Shown: piece by piece, positions 1 to 12,602 of the stretch
How positions within the stretch are numbered: the first letter of the stretch is position 1
Layout: each line of letters starts with the position of its first letter
Assembly (NCBI RefSeq): GCF_964204645.1
Contig: NC_134027.1
Location: forward strand, 22,344,560-22,408,559
Source: Tubulanus polymorphus
Taxonomy: Eukaryota > Animalia > Nemertea
DNA length: 64,000 nt
Direction: 5' to 3'
Made by a program: the position numbers and the translations under genes
Notes under the pieces: model-generated
Database searches by the model: none
What the model was told of the DNA's origin: nothing
The model's input: only the letters and a program-made list of their open reading frames with translations

Positions 1-618
1 TGGTTTCACAAGACGGACTAGTTCTTCTCGAAATGACTTCAAATTCACTATATAATGAAAAAAATTCACAGCGCTATTCGTGATCCTTAAAACACCCCCA
101 ATAAGGTCCATCATCCTGTTGTATTTGATATGGTAGATACTTCAGTACGTCCAAACGAAAAAAAACGTCCAATTTTCTCTGAAAGTTCGTTTTGGCGTTC
201 TGGCGTTCTGGCGTTCTGGCGCCCTCATTTTCATACCAGGAATTTTACACTATGGCCCTTATCAGCCACCATACCATGCAGAAATGTATGTAGATATTGA
301 ACCCGTACCAAACACCGTTCTGCCAAGTACGAGAATGATGAAACATGCGATAAACTGTAAGGGTGTCGTCTGTTGAGTTTGTACTGGTAACTGCCATCTC
401 ACAGAGGCTACAGTATCCCACGATGCGTAAGTATCACTACTTTGTTACCCAATGGTTCTAGCACTTTTCGAATTCCAATCCAATTAGTTATCGAAACAGG
501 TTCCGTTAAAAAAGCAGAGTATACTGTGTGTGTGCATAAATCCCACACTTATATAACGAAAGATATTAAGTCCGAAATGTTTGATTTCAGCTATGAATTT
601 ATTCATCCGACGTTTAGA

Positions 619-1117
619 CTACTGTCTGTCACACCTCCTCTCCATGCAACGTTTTGGTCCGTTATTTCGTTAATAATCGGTTTATCTCTTAATATAATAC
701 ATCAGTTTGTTCAGTGAAGAATTTAAATTCAGAAATAAACTGGCATAGATTTGTTTGTATTGTCATCTATCAGCGATATTTTACCTAGCATACGCTCGCG
801 TAATGCTGAAAAACGGATTTTATGGCCCGTCACGGGGCGCCACCTACTGCATTTTGATATGCTAATGAGCAGGTGATGACGTCACAGTAACGTTTCTGAG
901 CGTCCGCGGAGCGGATTTTTCAGCATTACGCGAGCGTATGCTGAGTAAACTATCGCTCATAAATGAAAACAAAAACACCTTAAGTAAAAATTGTTGTTTA
1001 TTTCTGAATGCAAATTCCTCACTGAACAAATTGATGCATAATGAAGGTAGATAAACCGATTATTAACGAAATTACGGACCAAAACGTCGCACGGAGAGCA
1101 GGTGTAACAGGCAGTAG
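619..1117. mobile_element. Palindromic MITE / fold-back element (~500 bp)
   Basis: Long imperfect terminal inverted repeats: CTACTGTCTGTCACACC...GTTTTGGTCCGTTATTTCGTTAATAATCGG at 619 and its reverse complement ending ...GGTGTAACAGGCAGTAG at 1117. Inner IR AGCATACGCTCGCGTAATGCTGAAAAA. A diverged copy lies at 36166-36623. Confidence 0.75.
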
Positions 1118-1197
1118 AGCAATTCTATGATGTAATACCCCTAGGTTTGCTTCAATTGTAACTACTTAAACTGTCGCTTTGTTTCACTCAGTGCTCG

Positions 1198-1231
1198 CCG
1201 AAGATGACTATTAGGATAAAGTCGAAACATC

Positions 1232-1234
<3 letters not shown>
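1198..1234 (+). other. Degenerate Penelope-type minimal hammerhead motif (solo remnant)
   Basis: CCGAAGA-T-GACT(ATTAGGATAA)AGTC-GAAAC-ATC-GTT, nearly identical to the motif at 29206 in the Penelope 3' region. The CUGA core reads CCGA here. Confidence 0.45.
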
Positions 1235-1612
<378 letters not shown>

Positions 1613-1949
1613 ACCATAAACGTCGCTATGTCAACTATCTACTGGTTGACTCCAACCAACCTTTCAGCAACTAGAGCCAGGGAGGCATTTTCTTTTAATC
1701 TCTGTCAATAGTGTGATTTTGACCAACGCGCCAGCAAAGTACTTAAATGCCCACTGGCAGTATATAAACCCAATCAATGTCAGACATGGCAGAATCTTTG
1801 AAACCGATGGAGCAGTAGAGTGCTCAGGGTACAGGCTGTAAATAGATTTTAGTAGTTTCGATGTTTTGAAATCTTTTTCGATCCTGTGATTGTGGGGGAA
1901 GATATCGAATGTCAAATCTGGTGGTTTACATTCTTGGATTCTCTCAGGT

Positions 1950-2290
1950 TCAACTGCATAACGAATTTGCTTGTTCCGACTTTATTTTGCCATTCGAGAA
2001 AATGTTCATTACTTTCGAATCGAATTCGAATTTGGCCGCGATAGACTCATCTACAGTGTCCAGGACACTGATTAATTTTCCAACGTGCTTGGTCGGGTTA
2101 GTTTTGACTTTGGCGGTCTTCAGTTGGCCGTTTGTAGTGTTGTAGATGATTTGAAAATTAGCCGATCCGTGAGCTGATACGACTGTTTGAACGACATCCG
2201 GCGAAGAAGAGGAAAATGTGAATTCGATCGGGCCCTGTTCAAATGTCGTCGCCGAATTATTAGCTCTGCTGAACTCGAACAGTTTGGAAC
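1950..2290 (-). CDS. Terminal exon 3 of predicted secreted PAN + hemopexin-like protein
   Basis: Acceptor ttttcatttcag|GT (phase 1). Frame stays open for 113 codons: (G)SKLFEFSRANN...KVMNIFSNGKIKSEQANSLCS*. It continues exon 2 as CYLISG|SKLFEF and ends with a Cys, as hemopexin domains do. Confidence 0.65.
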
Positions 2291-2789
2291 CTGAAATGAA
2301 AACGGATGAAAATATTTTTACATTTTACTCAATTAACATACCTGTAATCTAATCTTAAAGTTTTGTATTACGAAAAAAAAAATCTTGATTGCAAAATAAT
2401 CGTAGAAAAATGGAAATACTATACAAAAAATGATATAATTTCACCATTCAACGCCATCTGGTGAACACTTGAAGAAGCCAATGACCGTGAAAATCCTCAA
2501 ATCATAGAAATCGTCACGATCTTCAACTTTGGTTTTGATTGGGGATTATTGAATATGCATTGATGCCAATATGAATTAAAACATTCCAATGTTTAACTGC
2601 ACCAGTGGTTAGAACAGTCCATGGGTATTCAAAGTTCCATATCAGGAGATGTTTCCTCTTGCAGCGCTAACTATCATCGCATGTTTTAAGACTACACGCC
2701 TCAGTTAAAACCTGTTGATGTTTTTTAAAATAAAAGATCATTCTCGAAATATACGAACGAGAACTGATGAAACTAAGATGGCCCGCAGA

Positions 2790-3778
2790 AAATCAGCGTT
2801 CACATGTACATTTTCTTTTACGGACCCGTCACTATATCGGGCATCACTTTGAATGTCATAACGATTTTAGTCTTGAAAAAGATGAACAAAGATGTTTACT
2901 ATTTACTCAAAGCTCTCGCTATTTTCGACGTATGTTCTTCGTCAAGCGTGTTCGTCATATACCCTCTACGCGCCATCCACCTCTACATACATTTAGGGGA
3001 TATCATTTTGCGTATAGATGACTGGCATTATAGCGGGGAATTTATAATAGTCGCGTTAGACCCGTTCTATATGTTCCGACAGATCAGAAACTGGTGCGTT
3101 ATTCTTATCAGTTTAGAAAGACTCGTAGTTACTATTTTGTCGTTAAGATCGAGATTGTTCTGGACACGAAAAGTAGTGAATCGTATCATATTATTGATAA
3201 ATATCTATGATATTTGTTTGTACCTGCCATTGTTTTTGTCGGATCGAGTTCTTGAACCTATGCGTTGTTTTCACAGAATATTCTACGCTGGGATTTTGGA
3301 TACTTCTCTCCTCTTCTATATGGAAGGGTTTTGCATCAACTGGCAGGGCACTGCATCGAGTATCATCGCTCCAATAATTGCACTTATTACTTTAAACGCC
3401 ATTTTGATCGTGGTTTTGATTGTGATCAAATTTTCACGAATTGGTAAAGTCGTTCAGCAATAAAAAATCAAACTTCCAACATGTGAGTTACGCGCATTGA
3501 GAATGTCGTTTGCTCCTGTTACTGTTTTCGCCGGTTGTGAATCATTGATATTTTTGGAAAAATTTCAGTATTCGGATTTTCCGGGTATCCGAAACATTTT
3601 TTTTTAGGTAATTTCAATGCTTTTTGACACGCTGATGTTTCGCGAGACTCGCTATCGGTTTAACCGACTTAGATTCATGTATGAACTTTTAAGTCTATTT
3701 TTTGTCTAACAGTCAATTCAGACTCGCTGTTGTTCAACCAGGGACGCAGAAATGTAAAACCTATCGCGTTCGAAACAA
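2790..3778 (+). pseudogene. Rhodopsin-class GPCR pseudogene, paralog of 4478-5599
   Basis: High similarity to 4478-5599 (MYIFFYGPVTISGI...LERLVVTI). Lacks the N-terminus, has a frameshift at ~3445 (ggtaaagtc vs ggtaaaagtc) and further indels/stops toward the degraded TM7 region. Confidence 0.85.
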
Positions 3779-4477
3779 TGCATTTGTCAACTATCCACTG
3801 GTTAACTCTAAGCAACCTTTGAATGTCATAACCCTAGAACCTGAACTAGTTTCTACTTTTATGAAATATCGAGCTTTTTGAATCGACCAAGGCAGAGGAT
3901 TTAGTTACGTATATCGCAAAATCTGCATTCAGAAAACATCGTTATTTTCCGTTTCGAACTGGATGCAGCATGCGCCTAAACTGAGTCTATTTTAACCTGA
4001 AACGGCTTTTTACGGCTTTCGTGAATCAAGAGTATCAGAATCTAATGTCTGTTTTAACTAGACTTTAGAGCATTTCAGATAGAAGGACATTTCAGAGATT
4101 AAAAATCAATGTTTAAGTTCAACACTGCCAATCCGTTCTAGTCCTAATAAGACTTCTATCAGGTATATGTACTACCAAAACTGACCGAGCTAATCCACCA
4201 AGTCAAGTCGAAACAGACAGTTTACCGTTATAGCATGAGCTGAATGAGAAAATATTCATATATAGTTTTTAAAATATCGAGCTTTCATATTCCATACAGT
4301 TATAGGCTCAACTATAAATTTGCCGCGGGGTGTGACGAAATATACCAACGCCTTACAGTCGTCTGACAAATTACTACCTGCTACTGAAAATTGGTGGGTA
4401 CAACTGACGCCGTGAAGTTTAGGCGGTTGATATTTCAGTGAGTCGAGTAGAATCGCGAGTGAGTAGCCGCTTGACGA

Positions 4478-5599
4478 ATGATGAGCTATTCAAACATTAC
4501 TGATCTGTCAATTACTGTTACCACTACAAAACCAGTCTATCATGGAGTTTGCATGTTCGCCTCGGTCAACATGCCAATCCGTTTGGAATACCAAATCAGT
4601 GTTTACATGTACATTTTCTTTTACGGACCCGTCACCATATCGGGTATCGTTTTGAACATCATAACGATTTTAGCCTTGAAACAGATGAACAAAGATGTTT
4701 ACTATTTACTCAAAGTTCTCGCTATTTTCGACATATGTTATTCGTCAAGCGTGTTCGTCTTGTACCCTCTACGCGCCATCCACCTCTATATACATTTAAG
4801 GGATATTATTCTGCGTATAGATGACTGGCATTATGGCTGGGAATTTATAGTAGTCGCGTTAGGACCGTTCTATATGTTCCGACAGATCAGAAACTGGTGC
4901 GTTATTCTTATCAGTTTAGAAAGACTCGTAGTTACAATTTTCCCGTTAAAATCGAGATTGTTCTGGACACGAAAAGTAGTGAATTGTATCATATTATTGA
5001 TAAATGCTTTCAGTCTTTGTTTTTTCCTGCCATTCTTTTTACCTTATCGAACTCTTGAACCTTTGCGTTGTATTGACAAATATCCTACTCTTTGGCGAGG
5101 CGGGTATTATGCTTACTTCTATCCTTTTTTCAATAATTGGCTGATTTATGCAGAAAGCTGGCAGGGCACTGTATCAGGTGTCATCGCCCCAATGTTCGCA
5201 CTTCTCAGTTTGAACGTCATTCTAATCTTGTCTTTAATTGTGATCAAATTTTCAGGAATCGGTAAAAGTCGTTCAGCAATAAAGAATCAAACTTCCAACA
5301 CGTTGGAGTTACGCGCATTGAGAATGTCGTTTGCTCTTGTAGTTGTTTTCATCGGGTGTGAATCATTGTTATTTATGGAGAAATTTCAGTATGCGGGCTT
5401 TAAGGGTATCCCCGTCACTCCTATAGGTAGTTTAAGTAATTTTGAGACACTGTTGGTTCAGCGAAAAATCGCTAACGGTTTAACTGTGGTAGATTCGTGT
5501 ATGAACTTTTTAATCTATTGTTTGTCCAACAGTAAATTCAGACTTGCTGTTGATGAATTGAAGAAGCAAAAATGTAAAGCCTGTCGCGTTCGGAAATGA
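4478..5599 (+). CDS. Single-exon class A 7TM GPCR (peptide-receptor-like / chemoreceptor-type), 373 aa
   Basis: N-terminal NIT sequon, seven hydrophobic segments, TM2 LAIFD, TM3 SLERLVVTIFPL, TM7 DSCMNFLIYCLSNSKFR. Confidence 0.92.
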   Translation: MMSYSNITDLSITVTTTKPVYHGVCMFASVNMPIRLEYQISVYMYIFFYGPVTISGIVLNIITILALKQMNKDVYYLLKVLAIFDICYSSSVFVLYPLRAIHLYIHLRDIILRIDDWHYGWEFIVVALGPFYMFRQIRNWCVILISLERLVVTIFPLKSRLFWTRKVVNCIILLINAFSLCFFLPFFLPYRTLEPLRCIDKYPTLWRGGYYAYFYPFFNNWLIYAESWQGTVSGVIAPMFALLSLNVILILSLIVIKFSGIGKSRSAIKNQTSNTLELRALRMSFALVVVFIGCESLLFMEKFQYAGFKGIPVTPIGSLSNFETLLVQRKIANGLTVVDSCMNFLIYCLSNSKFRLAVDELKKQKCKACRVRK

Positions 5600-5674
5600 A
5601 TGATAAACCACCATATAAACCGAACTTTTAATGGGAAGCTTCGAGGGGGAGCTACTGGAATACACAGGTCGGTC

Positions 5675-6170
5675 GGTTTCTATAACCAATTTAAGAATTT
5701 AACACCAGTCTCCAGCTCATTCTAGTTATATAACCTATCTAACAACTCAAGACTTGTCTGAGCTCATTTTGGTTATAAAACCAACCAAAAAACTTAAGAC
5801 CGATCTAAGCTCGTTTCAGTTCTATAGCCAATCTAACAACTTACGACCAGTCTAAGCTTCTTTCAGTTCTATAGCCAATCTAACAACTTACGACCAGTCG
5901 AAGCTCGTTTCAGTTCTATAGCCAATCTAACAACTCACAACCAGTCGAAGCTTCTTTCAGTTCTATAGCCAATCTAACAACTTACGACCAGTCGAAGCTT
6001 CTTTCAGTTCTATAACCAATCTAACAACTTACGACCAGTCGAAGCTCGTTTCAGTTCTATAGCCAATCTAACAACTCACAACCAGTCTAAGCTCTTTTCA
6101 GTTCTATAGCCAATCTAGTAACTTAAGGCCAGTCAAGGACAAACTTAGTTCTAAAGCCGATCTAGCAATG
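5675..6170. repeat. 47-bp minisatellite, ~10 copies
   Basis: Unit CAGTTCTATAGCCAATCTAACAACTTACGACCAGTCGAAGCTCGTTT starts at 5817, 5864, 5911, 5958, 6005, 6052, 6099; edge copies are degenerate. Confidence 0.93.
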
Positions 6171-6960
6171 TAAGATGGATGTCCAACCACTGAACACCGC
6201 CCGTTTGGTAATCAGAACTTACCCAAATTGGCAACCATTTCGTTCACATGATATGAACATCGATAGTAATATCGATTTACATCAAAAGACCTGACAGTTT
6301 TGTAAAAACTGCTGGTCGCCTGGGATAACCGTTTCATTTAAGAGTTCATATCATATCGAAAACAAATCTCAATTCTGGAAGCGAACTTTCGGAGTTTTTA
6401 AAACATGAACCCACTGTTGTCTACTTGTTGTCAGTCTTATCTTTACAACCAAGGCTGCGTGAAAATCGACTGATCCAAAAAGCCGTGAGGATGTGAAACC
6501 CAATTTTCAATATAATATGGCTAACAATGTAGAAGCTAGGGGCCAAAGAATTCACACCTAAAATGACTTTTTTAAACCAAAGACATTTTGATCGAAACGT
6601 TTTTCAACCCAATTGGGGGATTTCGCCGTATAACAATTGCCACAGTTTTGCAATCGTAATTCCGATCGGGTCAGCCTTTTGGGCTGTGATAGATCATGCG
6701 TCTAGGATAGATATATTCATAACCCCAAAATCAAGAGTTTACATCTAAGCGTGTCAAAAACTTCGAAATAAAACGACGGACGGAAGGACGACGGATAAAA
6801 ATGAACACGTAGCTGAACAGATTCAAGGAAATAATTTTATATTTCTTAGTTGCAGAAAAAAAATGGGATAAATTGGCGTGCTGGATCGGGTATTTTCCTG
6901 AGAGTGCCGCGACTAGATAAAGATGACTTTCTTTAAATCTGTTTCCTATAGCAATCCCCT

Positions 6961-7073
6961 GGGCTCGGTTTTATAGACTGGTATTATACCCTTACCCGGG
7001 GGGCTAGCTTAATCGATAACGAATTGAGTTAGTCCCCGGGTTAAAGGTAATACCAGTCTATAAAAACGAACCC
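6961..7073. mobile_element. Short hairpin MITE (GGGC termini, possibly PIF/Harbinger-like)
   Basis: TIR GGGCTCGGTTTTATAGACTGGTATTA / TAATACCAGTCTATAAAAACGAACCC; related copy at 9461-9575. Confidence 0.65.
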
Positions 7074-7090
7074 AGGACGCTTTAATTTAC

Positions 7091-7331
7091 CTGAAATAAG
7101 ATAGCAGGTAATTGTATCTTTACAAGCGGCTGCATCCACGCGTGACAGATTCCAGTTCAGGAAAACTTCACCGATGCTCGAATTACTGAGTATATCTCCT
7201 CGTATCAGCGCCGTTAGATTGTCGAATACCAAAAGCCGTTGCTCGCGAAATATGAAAATCTGTTCGACGAGGTCTTGTCCAAGGAAAGATATCCCCAAAG
7301 CGGCATCGACTGTATAGTTAATACTACACTC
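7091..7331 (-). CDS. Exon 2 of predicted PAN + hemopexin-like protein
   Basis: Acceptor actttgtag|GAG (phase 0), donor TCAG|GTAAAT (phase 1). Translation ECSINYTVDAALGISF...IFIFREQRLLVF...WNLSRVDAAACKDTITCYLISG contains two VDAA...(F/Y)hh hemopexin-type blades after a leading Cys. Confidence 0.65.
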
Positions 7332-8683
7332 CTACAAAGTACAACGACATTTAGAACATTGAATAAAACCAATCCTCCCTCGACAGGGATCGAACCTGAT
7401 GGCATCGAGACTCGCCACGGAACGATACATTTCTACACTACATGCGCAGCTTAGGCGATGTCATTATTAACCAAGCAGAAATCCTATTGCATCTCAGCCT
7501 AGGTTTTCCTTTTATAGTCCTTGAAATCTGCCAAAGGCGATTATGCAACAAGCAATCTCATCGGTGCCGCAAGTCGTTTTTTGTGCGGCAAACCTGCGCA
7601 TGCACCTGCGCACCCGGTCTAGTGTGGCAGGGATTCGTTCCGTGGCTGAGTGAAATGAAACTAAACAATTTGATGGTGTAATTTGTGGCCATTGTTTCTG
7701 TGCTGGACCTTGTTCGGTTATAGATGTAAACACTATATATCTTAAATCAGTTCTATTTCGAATGGCAGGGACAGGATGATCCTTTTTTTAGGTACGTACA
7801 TGTTCTGACTAGTGCACGCTATCCTGCTAGACGTATCGGCCCCACTCCACGCGGTTGCGCCACCGCGCGGGATTTACGCGAAGCAGCAGAACACACAAAC
7901 ATGGCCACTCTCTCAATTTTCAATGATAGAAATCGTGTGTGCATTTCAATTATTTCGGCTGTAAGGGTTTTAAGGCACAATATAAGTTGATGATGTGATA
8001 TGGCGATGTTAGTTAATGATAATTCCGCAGTGAAGCTAGTCACGAACGGTGCCGATTGAGCGTACAGCTGCCAAAAACACTGAAATGTGCGTAGTTGCGT
8101 AACTATTTGCAGTGAATTGCAGACGAAACATGAAGCCTTAACGGCCGTTTAAAAAAAAATTTATACCAATCCCAATTGTAAAATAAAAATGAGATAGAAC
8201 CTAAGTTAAAATTCTGGCCATTTCTAAAATGTTATTACTAATTTTTAAGTTTAATAGTCAGTTAATTTAATAGTCAGTGCGGAACGTTTAGTTTTCCAAC
8301 AATAATGAGGGGTGGTAGGTAGTCATGAAATTCAAGTCATCATTTATTACACGTTACTTCCGTGTTGTTGAAAATCTCGTGAGTCCTGGACCAAACCCCA
8401 ATGAACAATGTGATTTGTGTGCTGGCCACAAATGCACACAGATCACACTACACTACCCATTACACACTCCAGTACCCCCAGCTTTCATATATCCATCTAA
8501 ATATTTAGTGTCTTTCTTCCTGGATTTAATTCGTATATGTTTAGTTATGGATTTTGTCTTATCAATTACCGATTCTTTTACAAGTACACACATTTATAGT
8601 TCATGGATGAACGTGGAGTACTTCACAAAAAGACTCTTGGTAATCATTATATTCAAAGGTACCAGTACCTACGACATCATCAT

Positions 8684-8893
8684 TTCAGGTGGTCATTTTT
8701 TTCTGCGTGTAAAAATGGCCGAGAAGTACAGATATTCATTTTCTATTCATGCCTTTCATTGATTTTTGTCCTTTCCAGCTAGCCATTTTTGCTGCCGTGG
8801 ACCAATCACGCAGTAGAAAATATATATTTAGGTTTATCATTTCTCTCAATGGCGGCCATTTTTCTTTTTACGCAGAAAAACGGCCGCCAGAAA
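8684..8893. mobile_element. MITE-like inverted-repeat element (mirror ~62600-62809)
   Basis: TTTCAGGTGGTCATTTTTTTCTGCGT...AAAATGGCCG pairs with CGGCCATTTT...ACGCAGAAAAACGGCCGCCAGAAA. Confidence 0.5.
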
Positions 8894-8965
8894 GAAACAA
8901 TCGTAAAATGATCTTTTAAAGAATAATACCGTAAGTAGCTACAACAGAAATGCGGGCGTACTTAC

Positions 8966-9268
8966 TTGCGTTCGTATCGACGAATAACAACGTCTCCCAT
9001 TCTTTGAGTCAGGCGCTGGGCAGTGTTCAGTCCAAAGTATGCACTGCGACGAGACGTAAGAAAACGACTGGCAATGCTCCGTTTTGGAACAACGGTTAGC
9101 GCATTCAACTTTGCTTCTGGTCGCCAACGATGCCAGTTGTGCAGACCCTCCTGATTCCGGCTGCGACGCCACGAGCTTATACGACGACGTCACACCGTCG
9201 ATGCTAATCACCGAAGTGGATTGCAGTAACACGGCTACATTAATCATCATAAGTTCCATTGCTTTCAT
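8966..9268 (-). CDS. Exon 1 (signal peptide + PAN/apple domain) of PAN + hemopexin-like gene
   Basis: Hydrophobic leader MKAMELMMINVAVLLQSTSVIS; PAN pattern SKVECANRCSKTEHCQSFSYVSSQCIL; perfect donor CAA|GTAAGT (phase 0). Confidence 0.8.
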
Positions 9269-9460
9269 TTTTTCCACCGAAAAACCAGTCCGGGTATAGT
9301 CGAAGCGCACAGAGTTGAATCGGCGTTTTCGACAAAAAAATGACTAAAGAATTCAAACTAAAGTTATTCAGCGTACTTTTTCGATCCAACTTTATGGTTT
9401 AAGTCCGACGACTCAATTTTTCAACTCTCCAACCGGCTCCAGCGGTTTGATTAATAACTT

Positions 9461-9575
9461 GGGCCGGGTTTTGTAGACCGGTTTAGACAATGAATCGGCG
9501 GCTAACTCGAACTAGTTGAAAGTTTATCGAGTTAACCCCGGGTTAAAGTTAATACCAGTCTATAAAACGTGCCCC
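9461..9575. mobile_element. MITE, same family as 6961-7073 (mirror ~61918-62032)
   Basis: GGGCCGGGTTTTGTAGACCGGT...CCCCGGGTTAAAGTTAATACCAGTCTATAAAACGTGCCC. Confidence 0.6.
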
Positions 9576-11027
9576 TGGTGTTTGAATAGGATTGACATTG
9601 GAATGCATCGACATCCTCATCAGCCTATGTAATTCTTGGTTGTCGTGTTTTGTTACGTACATGAAATGCGTGCGCGCGACATTGGCGAATTATTTCGGAG
9701 AATATTGTTCCCAAGAATAAAGTATAAGCCTGCGTGACGATTAGATAGCGTTCGAAACATGGACGCCGATGAACTTCACGGCCCATTTTTAGCGATCCAT
9801 TAAACACGGATGAACTTTAAAGAGAAAATTAGTTAGATGCAAATAGACTAATACGATGATGGTGCCCAACACGCGATGCGCTAGTAACACGAAGCATTGT
9901 TCCCCGCAAGGATTATTCATCGCATTAACAGCTTCTAAACCGCCTTAAATCCACAAAACTTGGAATAATTAATGGATCGAATTAGAATTTGTCACACGAG
10001 TTCTTTTCATTAACTTCAGCGGTTCGGTGTAAGTTGATCAAAATGAAGTGTTCGAGGTTATCGATTATTTTAAACCTCTTATGTGTGTAGTACATGAACT
10101 GGATCATCGGCCTGGCATATCTTACTATATGTGACTACTTGAGACATAACGTACCAAATAATGGATTATACGAAAAATCAAATTCCTTTTAAGAACATTC
10201 ACTGAAAATTCGCCAGAAAAAGATATGGGGCCAATTGCTCAAAAGCTGGTTAGAGTTAACTAGTGGATATATTACATAATTGAAATTTACCCTTTACTAT
10301 AGTATTTATCCAACCGTTATCTTTAACCTAACTTTGAGGAGCTCTTGAATAAGAAAAATAATGGAAAAAATGTAGTTTTCTGTTGGTAAAGCAAATTTCG
10401 ATGTTTTTATCATTCCCCGATTAATCTTTTTATTATGTGGATAGAGAGCTAGCGCCAAATCATAACATCTTTTTGACATGTACAAAAGTTGATATGAAAG
10501 ATTTTAGACACGTCAAAGCTTTTTTAAATATTAGTATGGGTGAAGTAACAATCATTTCTATTGCTTTTTTAAAGTTCATACCACGTTTTAAAACAACTTC
10601 TACCATGTTGCTAATTGGTCAGGTTTTCCAATAAATTCATTGAATTAAAGCATCACTCCCTACAGTCAGCCTTTGTGAGGAGTCAACATCGTTTGTTAAA
10701 GGACTACTGAACAATTTTGTTTTTTTCCCTTGAATCAATCCAGTAAGATGTAATAAATGATAATCTAATGACCTTAGGTATATTTGTTTTCATTTCGAAT
10801 ACTTTTAAGAGGTTTTTTCTTGCTACGGCAAACCAAAATATACGTAGTCGCGATGCTCAGCAATCTCGGGTAATCCCCTGTGGTGACGTCAGCGCGAGAT
10901 GTTGAGAACCCGGAAGTATTATCAGCCTCGTTCAGATTGCGATAACAACAGGAGATAAAGTGATTATAAAAAGATTTTAAAACGATTTTAAACTATGCCA
11001 CGGCGTTGTGTGTACTACAATTGTGAC

Positions 11028-11161
11028 TTATTTGCTATTTTGCAGAAAACCCCTCTGCAATTCTCATGATTATTCTTTACTACGGTACTATGCATCTTCT
11101 AATCTTTGAAAGTCTCCGAGGAACCAATTTCAACAATAATGGTCGATCGCCACGATGAAAT
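11028..11161 (+). repeat. 134-bp direct repeat of the GPCR 3' flank (identical to 12620-12753)
   Basis: TTATTTGCTATTTTGCAGAAAACCCC...CGCCACGATGAAAT occurs at both positions, 1592 bp apart. Confidence 0.95.
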
Positions 11162-11621
11162 TGCATTTTGTGGAACTGGATGCAGAATTAGATTAAACCC
11201 AAGCAACATGGAAGTAAAGTGAATTCAGAGACAAATTGAACCCGTGAATACATAGTAAAATCATTAACTAAACTTATACAACTGTGGACTTTGCTCACAA
11301 TCTATATCAAATTTGATAACATCATATCCTATCAAACCGGATTCAGAATTTCTTCATGTGAAATTCTTTACCGTATGCTTTTTGGCAAGATTCTAAAATG
11401 CTGCCCCTATTAATTTCTCCCATGACGCCATTATCTCAGAGCTCAACAAACTCTGAAATAGAGGATCATTCTGGAAGTATATATTGAATACTACGCTTTC
11501 TCTTGTCTATAATTTTTAAGGAAGCGCATCGGGTAGTTTATAATTCTCAACACTCTACAATGTATAATCAAATTCTTTTCGAGTACCATAGACGTGTTCC
11601 AGCATCGCGCACTCGTCAGTG

Positions 11622-12602
11622 ATGTTAAAGGCTTCAGTTGTGCTGAAATGTTTCCCCCACGATCGCGTCATTTGGAATATTATCGCAGTAACTGTCGTAG
11701 GACCGATTGGTTGGTTTGGTCTTGTTTCCAACTCAGTTACTATTATCGTGCTTTATCGGCTGCATAAAAGGAGTACCCTCGCGACTTCGTATTTTGTCTT
11801 GTTGTTACTGGCCTTTTTTGACATTGTCTGTTGCATCGCCGCCATTATTTACAACCATTTCGTTTGGGTTTTGAAACTTATTCGCCACGGAAAGACCGGA
11901 CTGTATTTAGACGTGGGTTTGGGAGCCCCTGAGCTTTATATAGCGGGTAATCTAATCTCAAAATGGGGTTCTTACGTTCGGAACGGCCTGACGCTTTTAG
12001 TGACGTTCGATCGAGCATTTAACATTTGTTTTCCGCTCAAAGCTAAACGATATTGGAAGTTAAAACATTGTTATATACTTTCTGCGGTTTGTGTAATCAT
12101 GTGGACTGGCTTGATTTCTTACCGCGCGCAGGATCGAATTGTTGCGTACGTCAACACGACATGTACGTACGGCTCGTCTATCCGCGATGCAAAAACAGTT
12201 TCCAGTGCTCCCACGTATTCGTATTTGTTAGAAAACATATCCACGACGTATTTACCGTTCGCACTTATCCCACTACTGAATACGATTATGATAATTCAAC
12301 TACGAATTCACGCTAAAAATAGGAAACAACTGACCGGCGCCGACTCGACTAAACAAACTAAACAAGAGGGAACCGGCAACAGAATGGTATTTGTTGCATC
12401 CGCCTTATTCATGGTGTCTGTTTTTCCAGAAATGGCATTCAATATTCTGATCACATCCTTTTCATGGGCTGTCATCTGGCCGGTTTTACTTTTGAATGAC
12501 ATTTTTCAAGCCCTAAATTCGTCTGTGAACGGTATATTTTATTATGTGTACAGTAAAAACTTTCGACAAGAAATGAAGTCGTTGCGCTATCGAAGTACAT
12601 AG
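11622..12602 (+). CDS. Single-exon class A GPCR (family B, copy 1), 326 aa from ATG
   Basis: TM1 GWFGLVSN, TM2 LAFFD, TM3 TFDRAFNICFPL, TM7 NSSVNGIFYYVYSKNFR. The ORF track starts at GTG 11619; the first ATG is 11622. Confidence 0.92.
   Translation: MLKASVVLKCFPHDRVIWNIIAVTVVGPIGWFGLVSNSVTIIVLYRLHKRSTLATSYFVLLLLAFFDIVCCIAAIIYNHFVWVLKLIRHGKTGLYLDVGLGAPELYIAGNLISKWGSYVRNGLTLLVTFDRAFNICFPLKAKRYWKLKHCYILSAVCVIMWTGLISYRAQDRIVAYVNTTCTYGSSIRDAKTVSSAPTYSYLLENISTTYLPFALIPLLNTIMIIQLRIHAKNRKQLTGADSTKQTKQEGTGNRMVFVASALFMVSVFPEMAFNILITSFSWAVIWPVLLLNDIFQALNSSVNGIFYYVYSKNFRQEMKSLRYRST

Noticed and set aside
193-221. (TGGCGTTC)x3.5 tandem
   Set aside because: Too short to interpret; ordinary slippage repeat.
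5675-6170. Possible CRISPR array
   Set aside because: Contiguous tandem units without unique spacers, no cas genes, eukaryotic context.
7375-7445. tRNA-like B-box GGTTCGATCCC on the minus strand
   Set aside because: No complete cloverleaf; at most a decayed tRNA-derived SINE head in an intron.
8325-8762. 145-aa ORF (mirror 62731-63168)
   Set aside because: No recognisable motif, runs into a MITE, and lies antisense in intron 1 of the PAN-hemopexin gene.
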